From Minisyncoccota bacterium (GTDB lineage Bacteria; Patescibacteriota; Minisyncoccia; Phycocordibacterales; GWA1-40-21): 64,000 bases of DNA. Position 1 is the first letter of the stretch; the number at the start of each line of letters is the position of its first letter. The stretch is from assembly GCA_041674925.1 (NCBI GenBank), contig JBAYUW010000002.1:13622-77621 (forward strand). The letters are read 5' to 3'. Shown here one piece after another: positions 7,575 to 16,719 of the stretch. Both the position numbers and the translations under genes were made by a program. Under the pieces are notes generated by a model, which worked only from the letters and a program-made list of their open reading frames with translations, was not told the origin of the DNA and made no database searches.

Positions 7575-8354
7575 TTATTTTGCAAGCTCTAATAGCACCG
7601 GGCAATGATCGCTACCAAAAACATCGTTTAGGATTTCAGCTTTTTTTATTTTTTCCTTCAAATTTGACGACACGAAAAAATAATCGATGCGCCAACCGAC
7701 ATTGCGTTCACGCGCAAAAGTTTTCATATCCCACCAACTATATTTAATTTTTTCTGGATATTGAAAACGAAAAGTATCGATCCAGCCGAGAGAAGTAACT
7801 TTATCGAGCCAGTCTCTTTCGATTCTTAAAAAACCTGTGTGATTAGAATTTTCTTTTGGTCGAGCCAAATCAATTTCATTATGCGCGGTATTCACATCGC
7901 CGCAAAAAATAATTTTCTTGTTTTGCTTTTTTAATTTCTCAATATAATTTAAGAATTCCTTATAAAATTTTAGTTTGTATTCGAGACGGGCAGGATCTTC
8001 ACCGCCATTAGGGAAATAGCAGTTGATCAGTGTAAAACCCTTTAAATGCAAGGCTAAAAAGCGCCCCTCCTGATCTAGCTCTTTTTTGCCAAAACCATAA
8101 TCGACAGATAAAATCTCTTTCTCCAAATCTTTTTTTAAAAATATTGCGACACCACTATAACCCTTTCGGACTTTTGAATGATCAAAAAAAGAAAAATATC
8201 CAGCGGGATTTTTTATTTCTTCTGGCAACTGATCGGGGTGTGCTTTAGTTTCTTGCAAGCAAAAAATATCCGAATCAAGTTCAAAAAGTTGATTCCATTT
8301 ATCTTTTTTCACAATCGCCCGTAGGCCGTTTACATTCCAAGATAATATTTTCAT
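7575..8354 (-). CDS. xth: Exodeoxyribonuclease III (AP endonuclease)
   Basis: MKILSWNVNGLRA..., ...GSDHCPV. The track start at 8372 is TTG. The ATG at 8354 is preceded by TGgTATTAT-N6. Confidence 0.9.
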   Translation of the reverse strand: MKILSWNVNGLRAIVKKDKWNQLFELDSDIFCLQETKAHPDQLPEEIKNPAGYFSFFDHSKVRKGYSGVAIFLKKDLEKEILSVDYGFGKKELDQEGRFLALHLKGFTLINCYFPNGGEDPARLEYKLKFYKEFLNYIEKLKKQNKKIIFCGDVNTAHNEIDLARPKENSNHTGFLRIERDWLDKVTSLGWIDTFRFQYPEKIKYSWWDMKTFARERNVGWRIDYFFVSSNLKEKIKKAEILNDVFGSDHCPVLLELAK

Positions 8355-8374
8355 AAAAGAATAATACCACAAAA

Positions 8375-9274
8375 CTAGCTTTTATTATGAAACTTTTTAT
8401 GAGTTTCACGCAAATGTTTGTCGGTTACGTGAGTGTAAATTTGGGTCGTGATGATACTTGAATGACCAAGCATGGTCTGAACTGAGCGAATATCGGCACC
8501 GTTACTGAGCAAATCGGTGGCAAAAACGTGCCGGATGACGTGGGGGGTGACCTTTTTGGTAATGCCAGCGATCGTTGCATAGCGTTTGACGATCCTCTCA
8601 ACAGAACGACTAGTCAAACCTTTGGCTTTCCCAGATACTTTTTGGCCGAGGCGTGTCTTGTCGATTGTCACAAACAAAGCCTCAGACAAATCCTGACGCA
8701 AAGCTAAATACTCTTTGATAATTTTTTTTGCTTCATCTGAAAGAAAAACCACTCGCACCCGACCACCTTTACCACGAATAGAAAATTCATCGAGATTCAG
8801 ATCCAAGTCAGTATTTAATGAGCAAAGTTCGGACACGCGCAGGCCGGTGGAGAAGAGGAGCTCTAAAATAGCCTTATCTCTGGCTCTTCTTTCTGGATTT
8901 TGTTCTTGGTTTGGTGCATCAAGTAAGCGCCTCAATTCTTTTAAAGAAATCAAATCAATCGATCTTTCACCGACTTTGGCTAGTTCAATATTATCCGCCG
9001 GTAGAGAAACAACTCCACGTCTGGCAAGAAATTTTAAAAACACCCTCAGGGCGATCAAATAATAATTCTGGGTTTTTTTATTTAAATTACGGCGATTCAA
9101 CCACAGACGAAATTCCCGAATTTTTTCGTTAGTGATATCTTTGGGGTTGGTAATCTCGGCTTGTTTGAAGAAAAAAGACAAATAACGATTGTATCGATCA
9201 ACAGTTTTGATGGCGCGGCCTTTTTCAATTTCAAGATATTCTAAAAATTGCGTTTTGAGTTCTTTCAGGTCCAT
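8375..9274 (-). CDS. Tyrosine site-specific recombinase XerC/XerD-like
   Basis: 299 aa. C-terminal HVIRHVFATDLL..GADIRSVQTMLGHSSIITTQIYTHV. Confidence 0.85.
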   Translation of the reverse strand: MDLKELKTQFLEYLEIEKGRAIKTVDRYNRYLSFFFKQAEITNPKDITNEKIREFRLWLNRRNLNKKTQNYYLIALRVFLKFLARRGVVSLPADNIELAKVGERSIDLISLKELRRLLDAPNQEQNPERRARDKAILELLFSTGLRVSELCSLNTDLDLNLDEFSIRGKGGRVRVVFLSDEAKKIIKEYLALRQDLSEALFVTIDKTRLGQKVSGKAKGLTSRSVERIVKRYATIAGITKKVTPHVIRHVFATDLLSNGADIRSVQTMLGHSSIITTQIYTHVTDKHLRETHKKFHNKS

Positions 9275-9332
9275 AAATAACAGTATAGCACGAGCCCTTG
9301 CATTTTTAAAAGAAATGTGCTAGACTTCTCAA
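9275..9332. promoter_or_regulatory. 58-bp divergent promoter region giving leaderless xerC-like and rpsO transcripts
   Basis: Minus: TGcTATACT (9282-9287) then N7 then ATG at 9274. Plus: TTGCAT-N17-TAGACT (9321-9326) then N6 then ATG at 9333. Confidence 0.55.
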
Positions 9333-9593
9333 ATGCTTACAAAAACCAAAAAAGCTAAGGTTATAAAGGAAGTGGCTGTTCACGAAGGCGATACCGGCTC
9401 GACCGATGTGCAAATCGCTGTTTTGTCGAAAAGAATTGATGAATTAGCTTCTCATTTAAAGAAAAACCCAAAGGATAATCACTCACGCCGAGGTTTACTT
9501 GGTATGGTGGCTGATCGCCGAACTCATCTTAAATATTTAGAGAAAAGCAATCCAAAACGTTACGCTTCGGTTGTTAAAAAGTTGGGTCTCTAA
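9333..9593 (+). CDS. rpsO: 30S ribosomal protein S15
   Basis: 86 aa. GDTGSTDVQIAVLSKRI..L..HLK.NPKDNHSRRGLL.MV..RR..L.YL. Confidence 0.95.
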   Translation: MLTKTKKAKVIKEVAVHEGDTGSTDVQIAVLSKRIDELASHLKKNPKDNHSRRGLLGMVADRRTHLKYLEKSNPKRYASVVKKLGL

Positions 9594-9673
9594 TTTTTTA
9601 GCCTTTTAATATGTTACAATGTAAGCACGGTCGAGGCTTATTTACTTTTTAATAATTCTTAATAATTTTTTAT

Positions 9674-10198
9674 ATGTTAATCAAACACAAAGATCAAAGA
9701 GTTGGTATTTTTATTGATACCCAAAATATCTATCACTGCGCCAAAAATTTATACGGAGCGAAAGTCAATTTTGCTCAAGTCGTCAAAGACGCCTTGGCTG
9801 GCCGATCATTGATCCGAGCGATTGCCTATGTTATCACCACTGAAAGTGGCGATGAAAAAGGTTTTTTTGAAGCCCTAACTAAAGCGGGAATTGAGACAAA
9901 AACCAAAAATTTGCAAATCTTCGCTGGCGGCGCTAAAAAAGCCGACTGGGATGTCGGTCTCGCTGTCGATGCCATCAAAATGGCGCCCAAGCTTGATACA
10001 GTTATCATCGTATCTGGCGATGGCGACTTCGTTCCTTTAGTAGAGTACTTAAAGATGAACGAGGGTTGCCAAGTCGAAGCTTTATGCTTTGGCAAGAGTA
10101 CTTCTGCCAAATTAATCGAGGTTGTCGATGGTTTCACCGATCTCGATGAAAATGCTCGTAAATATTTACTCGGTTCAGTTGGAGGAAGGGGAAGATAA
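9674..10198 (+). CDS. NYN/LabA-like (DUF88) domain protein
   Basis: 174 aa. VGIFIDTQNIYH ... IIVSGDGDFVPLVEYLK. Confidence 0.8.
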   Translation: MLIKHKDQRVGIFIDTQNIYHCAKNLYGAKVNFAQVVKDALAGRSLIRAIAYVITTESGDEKGFFEALTKAGIETKTKNLQIFAGGAKKADWDVGLAVDAIKMAPKLDTVIIVSGDGDFVPLVEYLKMNEGCQVEALCFGKSTSAKLIEVVDGFTDLDENARKYLLGSVGGRGR

Positions 10199-10223
10199 TA
10201 CTATCCAAACAAAACCCTCGCAC

Positions 10224-10232
10224 TTATCCACA
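10224..10232 (+). promoter_or_regulatory. Perfect TTATCCACA(G) motif upstream of the ORF6N gene
   Basis: TTATCCACAG-N20-TGaTAGTAT-N9-ATG(10272). Confidence 0.5.
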
Positions 10233-10271
10233 GGTGTGTATTTTTTGTATACGTGATAGTATGTCGGCGTT

Positions 10272-10784
10272 ATGAAAAACACTGCACTTGTTTCACTCGA
10301 CAATATCGAGACGAAAATATATTTTATTAGAGGAAAGAAGGTAATGTTAGATAGTGATCTGGCTTTTTTGTACCAAGCTGAAACAAAACACCTTAAGAGA
10401 GCAGTAAAAAGAAACATGGGGAGGTTTCCGGTGGATTTCATGTTCACATTAAATAAACTGGAAGCTGACAACTTAAGGTACCAAATTGGCACCTTAAGTT
10501 GGGGTAAGCATAAAAAGTATTTGCCATATGTTTTCACTGAACAGGGTGTCGCCATGCTATCTAGCGTCTTAAAAAGTGAGCGGGCGATTCAGGTGAATAT
10601 TCAAATTATGCGGACTTTTACTAAGATCAGAGAGATGCTTGCTAGTAATAAAGAACTCCGAGAGAAAATAGAAAAATTAGAGAAGAAATATGATAAAAAT
10701 TTCGCCATTGTCTTTGATGCTATCAAAAACCTCGTCACGGAAAAAGAAAAACCAAAAACAGAGATGGGGTTTAGGCTAAAATAA
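10272..10784 (+). CDS. ORF6N-domain DNA-binding protein
   Basis: 170 aa. IRGKKVMLDSDLAFLYQAETKHLKRAVKRNMGRFPVDFMF is the typical ORF6N signature. Confidence 0.75.
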   Translation: MKNTALVSLDNIETKIYFIRGKKVMLDSDLAFLYQAETKHLKRAVKRNMGRFPVDFMFTLNKLEADNLRYQIGTLSWGKHKKYLPYVFTEQGVAMLSSVLKSERAIQVNIQIMRTFTKIREMLASNKELREKIEKLEKKYDKNFAIVFDAIKNLVTEKEKPKTEMGFRLK

Positions 10785-10926
10785 ATAATCCGAACGACCT
10801 TTTTTTATAGGTAGTTTTATGCTACTCTAATTTCAGCTATTTATTAACCGATTTGCCGGGGGATATGCAGTTTGGAACCTCGAGTTCTGATCTGAAATCT
10901 TCTGACAAGTCTAATTTTATAAAAAG

Positions 10927-13044
10927 ATGAAAAAACAAGAGTTTTCGGTGGAGCTTAATGGTAAAAAATTAAGCGCCGAGTTTAGCGATTTGGTGGAAAA
11001 TGCCAGCGGATCGGTAATTTTGCGTTATGGCAATACTACTATTCTAGCTACAGCCGTAATTAGTAAGGACAGTATTGATAAAGATTATTTACCTTTAACG
11101 GTTGATTATGAAGAAAAATTCTATGCTTCTGGTCAAATCCTCGGTAGCCGTTTCATGAAGCGTGAAGGTAAACCATCCGACGAAGCTATTTTATCTGGCC
11201 GAGTTGTGGATCGAACCATCCGCCCACTATTTGATCAATGGATCAGAAATGAAATTCAAGTCGTTGTGACCATTCTTTCAATCGAAGAAGATGATCCCGA
11301 TGTACTCGCGGTAATCGCGGCGTCCTTGGCTTTGGGTGTGTCAAAAATTCCTTTCCATGGTCCAGTTTCGGCTATTAGAATTGGCAAACACAAGACTGAT
11401 GGTTTTGAAATCAACCCAACTTACACCGAAAGAGAAAATGAAAACTTTGAAATTGATTTGATTGCTTGTGGTAAAGATGGAAATATCAATATGATTGAGT
11501 TAGGGGGTGATGAAGCTCAAGAAAGCGTGATTATCGAGGCGATGAAAAAAGCTTCGGAGGAAATTGAAAAATTAAATGCTTGGCAAAAAGAAGTAATTGC
11601 TAAGATTGGTGTGCCAAAAATGAAACTAGAAGCGCCGGTCATGCCAGAAGAGATTAAAAACCTTTTTGCGACAGAAATCGAACCGAAATTAGAGAGCTAT
11701 GTCATGAGCGGACTTCCTGGCGGGTCAAAAATCGGCGAGATTATGGATATCTGGATGAAATTAGCGAAAGAAAAATGTTCTGATATTAAATCTTCTTTTG
11801 CTGAACATCTTTTTGAAGAAAAAGTGGACGCTTTGATTCACGAGCAAGTCTTGAAACACGACAAACGTGCCGACGGTCGTGGTATTGATGAAATTCGACC
11901 CTTGTTTGCTCAAGCGGGAGGAATTTCTCCAATTCTACACGGTTCTGGAATCTTTTACCGCGGTGGAACTCACATTTTGACGGCTTTGACTTTGGGTGGA
12001 CCAAGTGATGCTCAAATCATAAATGGTATGGAAGAGAGTAGCGATGGAAAAAAATTCATGCATCATTACAATTTCCCACCATATTCAACTGGTGAAACAG
12101 GGAAGATGGGTGGTACCAATCGCCGAATGATTGGTCACGGTGCTTTGGCGGAAAAAGCTTTACAACCGATGATTCCAAAAACAACCGATTTCCCTTACAC
12201 GATCAGATTGGTTTCCGAAGCCATGTCTTCGAACGGCTCGACTTCAATGGGTTCGGTTTGTGCTTCGACGATTGCCTTGATGGACGGTGGGGTGCCGATT
12301 AAATCACCGGTGGCCGGTATTGCTTCTGGTTTGATGATGGATGATAAAGGAAATTACAAAGTTTTAACTGATATTCAAGGTCCGGAAGATCATTACGGTG
12401 ATATGGATTTTAAAGTCGCTGGTACTAAAAATGGCGTGACGGCAATTCAGATGGATGTGAAAGTTTCTGGCGTACCAATCCCCGCACTAGCTGAAGCTTT
12501 TGAAAAAGCCAAAACTGCTCGCTTGAAAATTCTTGATGTTATTATAAAAGAAATTGCTGAGCCAAGAAAAGATATTTCTGTTAATGCACCAAAAATTGTG
12601 GTCTTGAAAATTAAACCAGATCAAATCGGTGGAGTGATTGGCTCGGGTGGAAAAGTGATTAAAGAAATCAAAGAAAAAACTGGCGCTGATATTGATATTG
12701 AAGATGATGGAACTATTTATTGTACCGGTAAAGATGGTAGCGCCGAAAGAGCGAAGGCGGTGATTGAAGCTATGACTCATGAATATAAACCAGGGGAGAG
12801 ATATGAAGGAACAGTGACCAAAATTGCTGAATTCGGGGCCTTTGTTCGACTCCAGGGCGACACCGAAGGCTTGGTACACATTTCCGAGATCGCGCCTTTC
12901 CGAGTGGAGAAAGTTGAAAGCTTGCTCAAGGCTGGTGACAAAGTGCCGGTCATTGTGAAGGAAGTCGATCCAGAAAGAGGACGCATTGCTCTCTCCATAA
13001 AAATGGCCGACCCAGATTTTGCGAAAAATAAATTGGGAAAATAG
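10927..13044 (+). CDS. pnp: Polyribonucleotide nucleotidyltransferase (PNPase)
   Basis: 705 aa. Two RNase PH-like halves plus KH (GGVIGSGGKVIKEI) and S1 (GTVTKIAEFGAFV) domains. Confidence 0.95.
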   Translation: MKKQEFSVELNGKKLSAEFSDLVENASGSVILRYGNTTILATAVISKDSIDKDYLPLTVDYEEKFYASGQILGSRFMKREGKPSDEAILSGRVVDRTIRPLFDQWIRNEIQVVVTILSIEEDDPDVLAVIAASLALGVSKIPFHGPVSAIRIGKHKTDGFEINPTYTERENENFEIDLIACGKDGNINMIELGGDEAQESVIIEAMKKASEEIEKLNAWQKEVIAKIGVPKMKLEAPVMPEEIKNLFATEIEPKLESYVMSGLPGGSKIGEIMDIWMKLAKEKCSDIKSSFAEHLFEEKVDALIHEQVLKHDKRADGRGIDEIRPLFAQAGGISPILHGSGIFYRGGTHILTALTLGGPSDAQIINGMEESSDGKKFMHHYNFPPYSTGETGKMGGTNRRMIGHGALAEKALQPMIPKTTDFPYTIRLVSEAMSSNGSTSMGSVCASTIALMDGGVPIKSPVAGIASGLMMDDKGNYKVLTDIQGPEDHYGDMDFKVAGTKNGVTAIQMDVKVSGVPIPALAEAFEKAKTARLKILDVIIKEIAEPRKDISVNAPKIVVLKIKPDQIGGVIGSGGKVIKEIKEKTGADIDIEDDGTIYCTGKDGSAERAKAVIEAMTHEYKPGERYEGTVTKIAEFGAFVRLQGDTEGLVHISEIAPFRVEKVESLLKAGDKVPVIVKEVDPERGRIALSIKMADPDFAKNKLGK

Positions 13045-13064
13045 GGTCGGATTTATCCACAGTT
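13030..13064 (+). repeat. Direct-repeat copy 1 (last pnp codons + stop + TTATCCACAG motif)
   Basis: 13030-13046 aaattgggaaaataggg recurs at 13586-13602. 13038-13064 recurs at 14720-14746 with 26/27 identity. Confidence 0.8.
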
Positions 13065-13100
13065 TTCATTTCATTGAAATCCTGATAGGATACTGGCGCT

Positions 13101-13494
13101 ATGCAAATTGATTTTGATAAGTGGAACGAAATTAAAAAAGAAATTGAAACAAAATTCGACCCGCCGCCAACTTTTCCTAAAATTGGCGAGGTGTGGATGA
13201 TTAGCCTTGGTCGCAATATTGGTTTTGAGCAAAACGGAATCGGCCTAAACTTCTCTCGCCCTGTCTTGGTGGTCAAAAAATTTAACAATAAGATGTTTTG
13301 GTGTGTGCCACTATCAACTAAGCAAAAGCAGATTGATTTTTATTTTAACTTTACCGATCCAAACAACCAAAAAAGTTTCAGCAATTTTAGCTCAAATGAA
13401 ACTAGTTAGTATTAAGAGGTTTAGAAGAAATTTGTACGAATTAGATTTATCAAATTTCGGGGAAATAAAGACTAAGCTAAAATCGTTTCTTTAA
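13101..13494 (+). pseudogene. PemK/MazF-family toxin homolog split by a frameshift in an A6 run
   Basis: Frame 0 reads GEVWMISLGRNIGFEQNG...RPVLVV... up to 13409. Frame +1 continues VSAILAQMKLVSIKRF...EIKTKLKSFL to 13494. The frames join at aaaaaa 13369-13374; A5 would give one intact 130-aa ORF. Confidence 0.7.
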
Positions 13495-13503
13495 CTAGTC
13501 GAA

Positions 13504-13527
13504 AGCCGCCATCACTGGCGGCTTTCT
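13504..13527 (+). terminator. Hairpin terminator after the mazF-like gene
   Basis: AGCCGCC-atcact-GGCGGCT followed by ttct (weak U tract). Confidence 0.45.
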
Positions 13528-13585
13528 CGGAGCCTTTCGGCACTTTGTAAATTTAGTATAGCAAAGTGGATATAAAAGTCAACAA

Positions 13586-13602
13586 AAATTGGGAAAATAG
13601 GG
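13586..13602 (+). repeat. Direct-repeat copy 2 (17 nt identical to the pnp 3' end)
   Basis: aaattgggaaaataggg, identical to 13030-13046. Confidence 0.8.
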
Positions 13603-13627
13603 AAATTCGGTTATAATAGAGGCAGAT

Positions 13628-14716
13628 ATGCCTCCCGATGAAAATAAAAATAATTCTAATTTCAGTCCATTAAAAGTGGGGATTGATCCGATTTTTAAAA
13701 ACAGTCAAACCAAGACTGAGCCACCTGTCAGCAATAGTGCTTTTGGGGTGTTAAATAATCAACAATACACACCAACCGCCAATCCTATTCCAAATCAAAT
13801 TCCTAATCAAACGACTTTTCCAAAAAAGTCTTTAATTAGGACCTATAAAGGAGACATCGAATCCACCGTTCAAGCCGACCATGTCTCATCGGTTAATATT
13901 GCCATTGCCGAAAATGAAAAGATGCGGGGAAAATTGGAGTCGGGTGAGGTCGTAAATATTCAGACAGAAAATAAGGCTGAGTATTCCAAAAGCAAAATAA
14001 TCATTTTTGTCAGTTTAATTTTGGTCGTTGTCGCAATCGTTGGAATCGGTGTCACCTTGTTTCTTAAAAATAAAACCAGCAGTACGACGGTTGCAACTCA
14101 AACTATACCGACTTTGATTACCACTGAGTATAAAGATGAACTGAATACCGTTGGTCTAAATAAAAATCAGTTTGTGACGACCTTGTCTGGAAAATTAAAT
14201 GATATCAGAATCCCGGTTAATAATTTTTATAATACTTATGTCACGACTGGCACTAGCACGAGCAAAAGGCTAATTACAGCCCAAGAATTCGTGACCCTGT
14301 CTGGACTAAGAATGCCAGACCAAATAAAGAGAACCCTTTTGCCAGATTTTATGGTTGGGATGTTTTCCTTTGATGAAAATATGCCTTTTGTAATTTTTAA
14401 AACTTCTTATTTCGAAAATACTTTCGCGGGCATGTTGGCCTGGGAAAAAGATCTGGAAAAAGATTTTCAAGTTTTATTCCGTCTCAATGGTCTCACTAGT
14501 GGAGGATTATTAGCTGACCTTTCTCCCACAACCGCCAAAAAATTTGAGGACAGTGTGATCATTAATAAAGACGTACGGCAACTAAAAGATACTGATGGAA
14601 ACGTAATTTTGCTTTACAGTATTCTCGACAAGGATACCCTGGTCATCACCACCGACGAAGAAGCTTTTAAGGCGATTGTAGATAGGATAAACAAGGAAAA
14701 GAGCCTAAAAAGGTAA
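13628..14716 (+). CDS. Hypothetical single-pass membrane protein
   Basis: 362 aa. Q/N/P-rich N-terminus, one hydrophobic helix IIIFVSLILVVVAIVGIGVTLFL, no recognisable motif. Confidence 0.65.
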   Translation: MPPDENKNNSNFSPLKVGIDPIFKNSQTKTEPPVSNSAFGVLNNQQYTPTANPIPNQIPNQTTFPKKSLIRTYKGDIESTVQADHVSSVNIAIAENEKMRGKLESGEVVNIQTENKAEYSKSKIIIFVSLILVVVAIVGIGVTLFLKNKTSSTTVATQTIPTLITTEYKDELNTVGLNKNQFVTTLSGKLNDIRIPVNNFYNTYVTTGTSTSKRLITAQEFVTLSGLRMPDQIKRTLLPDFMVGMFSFDENMPFVIFKTSYFENTFAGMLAWEKDLEKDFQVLFRLNGLTSGGLLADLSPTTAKKFEDSVIINKDVRQLKDTDGNVILLYSILDKDTLVITTDEEAFKAIVDRINKEKSLKR

Positions 14717-14719
14717 GAA

Positions 14720-14746
14720 AAAATAGGGTCCGATTTATCCACAGTT
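14720..14746 (+). repeat. Direct-repeat copy 3 including a perfect TTATCCACAG motif (14735-14744)
   Basis: aaaatagggtccgatttatccacagtt versus 13038-13064 (one mismatch). Followed by N20-TGgGATACT. Confidence 0.8.
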
Positions 14747-14803
14747 GTGTTTATTTTTTAATTCTGGGATACTTATACACATATCAGCAATAATAAAAAC
14801 AAC

Positions 14804-15163
14804 ATGTCACAAGACCTAGAAAAGTACAAGAAGTTGCTCGAGGCAGAGAAAGTAAAATTAGTAAAAGAATTGGAAACGGTCGGACGAATTAATCCGGAAA
14901 ATCCAAAAGATTGGGAAGCGACGGAAACCAGTCTGGATGCCGATTCGGCGGATGAAAATGAGGTGGCCGATGAGCTCGAAGAATTTGAAGGTAATTCAGC
15001 GATTTTGAAACAACTTGAGGTTCAACTGATTTCTGTTGAAAGTGCTTTGCAAAAGATAGAAGATGGAACTTACGGTCAGTGTTCAGTTTGTGAAGGAAAA
15101 ATTCCAGAAGATAGATTAAAAGCTAATCCTTCTGCCACGACTTGTGTAGAACATAGCAAGTAG
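14804..15163 (+). CDS. DksA/TraR-family zinc-finger protein
   Basis: 119 aa. Acidic coiled-coil N-terminus and C-terminal GTYGQCSVCEGKIPEDRLKANPSATTCVEH. Confidence 0.75.
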   Translation: MSQDLEKYKKLLEAEKVKLVKELETVGRINPENPKDWEATETSLDADSADENEVADELEEFEGNSAILKQLEVQLISVESALQKIEDGTYGQCSVCEGKIPEDRLKANPSATTCVEHSK

Positions 15164-15186
15164 GAAAACTCTAAAAAAATAAAAAT

Positions 15187-16719
15187 ATGTCGTTTGCCAA
15201 GACTTACAGTGCGCAACCGAGTGTTTTGGGTGCGAAAATAATTGATGTCGAAGTGGATATCTCTAAAGGATTAAACTCTTTTACTGTGGTCGGTCTAGGA
15301 GACAAAAGTGTCGAAGAATCAAAAGACCGTGTCGCCTCGGCAATTAAAAATTCTGGCTTTAAGTCTCCAAAGCAAAGCAATCAAAAAGTCGTCATCTCAC
15401 TAGCGCCGGCCGACCTCCGAAAAGAAGGGCCGGTTTTTGATTTAGCCATGGCCGTAGCTTATCTGACGGCCACCGAAGAAGTATTTTCTGATACTGATCA
15501 TAAATTATTTTTGGGTGAATTGTCGCTCGACGGACAATTGAGAAAAATTAGCGGAGTTTTACCCGCTGTCGCTGAAGCTAAAAAACAAGGTTTTACGGAG
15601 GTGTATTTGCCGAAAGAGAATGTTCGTGAAGCAGCTTTGATTTCTGATATCACAATTTTCGGAGCAGAAAATCTGGAAGAAATCATCGATCATTTAGCAT
15701 CGGATAATAAAAAAATATCGCCGCAGCCAAAAACCGAGATCGAGCAATTAAATATCGAAAATGAAATTGATTTTATTGACGTCGTCGGACAAGAGGGGGC
15801 AAAAAGGGGATTAGAAATCGCCGCCGCTGGGGGTCACAATATCGCGATGTACGGCCCGCCTGGTACCGGCAAAACTATGCTCGCCAAAGCTTTTTCGGGA
15901 ATTTTACCGTCACTTTCTTTTGAAGAAATTATTGAGATTACCAGTATTCATTCGGTCGCAGGGACTTTGAGGGGGGATTTAATCAGCGCTCCGCCAATTC
16001 GCTCACCACACCATACCGCTTCTTATGTCTCACTCGTCGGCGGAGGAACAATTCCCAAACCTGGTGAAGTCACTTTAGCTCATCGTGGGGTATTATTTCT
16101 CGATGAATTTCCCGAGTTCGACAAAAGAGTTTTGGAAACCTTACGACAACCGCTAGAAGAAAGAGAGATCAGCATTTCTCGCGCTCGTGGTTCCATTACC
16201 TTCCCCGCAAATTTTATTCTAATCGCGGCCATGAATCCTTGCCCGTGTGGCAATTTTGGTTCTAAAACTAAGGAATGTATTTGCCGAGCTCTAGATCTAT
16301 TAAAATATCAGCGGAAAATTTCTGGACCAATCATGGATCGCATTGATATGTGGGTCGAGGTTTCACAGATCAATCATACTGATTTATCTGGTCGAAAGAG
16401 TGATCAAGAAAAAAAGAGTAATCCAAAAATTCGAGAACGTATTGCCATCGCCCGTCAGACACAAAAAGAAAGGTTTGCAAAATTAAAAAAGAATATCAAA
16501 ACCAACAGTGAGATGAATTCCAAGGATATTGCAAACTTGATTGATTTGTCAAAAGAAGTAAAAGAAATTTTAGACAAGTCGGCAACTAAATTAGCCCTCT
16601 CAGCTAGAGCTTATCATCGAGTGATAAAATTAGCCCGCACCATTGCGGACTTGGAACAAAAAGATAATATCGAATTACCGCATATCTTGGAAGCCTTGCA
16701 ATACCGTCCCAAAAACTAG
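15187..16719 (+). CDS. comM: YifB/ComM-family Mg-chelatase-like AAA+ ATPase
   Basis: 510 aa. GQEGAKRGLEIAAAGGHNIAMYGPPGTGKTMLAKAF, GVLFLDEFPEF, AAMNPCPCG. Confidence 0.9.
   Translation: MSFAKTYSAQPSVLGAKIIDVEVDISKGLNSFTVVGLGDKSVEESKDRVASAIKNSGFKSPKQSNQKVVISLAPADLRKEGPVFDLAMAVAYLTATEEVFSDTDHKLFLGELSLDGQLRKISGVLPAVAEAKKQGFTEVYLPKENVREAALISDITIFGAENLEEIIDHLASDNKKISPQPKTEIEQLNIENEIDFIDVVGQEGAKRGLEIAAAGGHNIAMYGPPGTGKTMLAKAFSGILPSLSFEEIIEITSIHSVAGTLRGDLISAPPIRSPHHTASYVSLVGGGTIPKPGEVTLAHRGVLFLDEFPEFDKRVLETLRQPLEEREISISRARGSITFPANFILIAAMNPCPCGNFGSKTKECICRALDLLKYQRKISGPIMDRIDMWVEVSQINHTDLSGRKSDQEKKSNPKIRERIAIARQTQKERFAKLKKNIKTNSEMNSKDIANLIDLSKEVKEILDKSATKLALSARAYHRVIKLARTIADLEQKDNIELPHILEALQYRPKN

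Noticed and set aside
7327-7605. 72-aa (+) and 73-aa (-) ORFs in the cca-xth gap
   Set aside because: Neither has a convincing start context, since both begin at or upstream of the predicted promoter. The region is better explained as a promoter-to-terminator non-coding unit. A small protein cannot be excluded without conservation data.
8375-9274. Xer-like recombinase as an integrase marking a mobile element
   Set aside because: It is flanked by xth and rpsO with leaderless housekeeping promoters. There are no att-like repeats or cargo genes adjacent, so it is most simply the chromosomal dimer-resolution recombinase.
10785-10926. Possible autoregulatory hairpin in the pnp leader (ggaacctcgagttctg region)
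   Set aside because: Only an imperfect, short palindrome around CTCGAG could be drawn. This is not enough to claim an RNase III/PNPase autoregulation stem.
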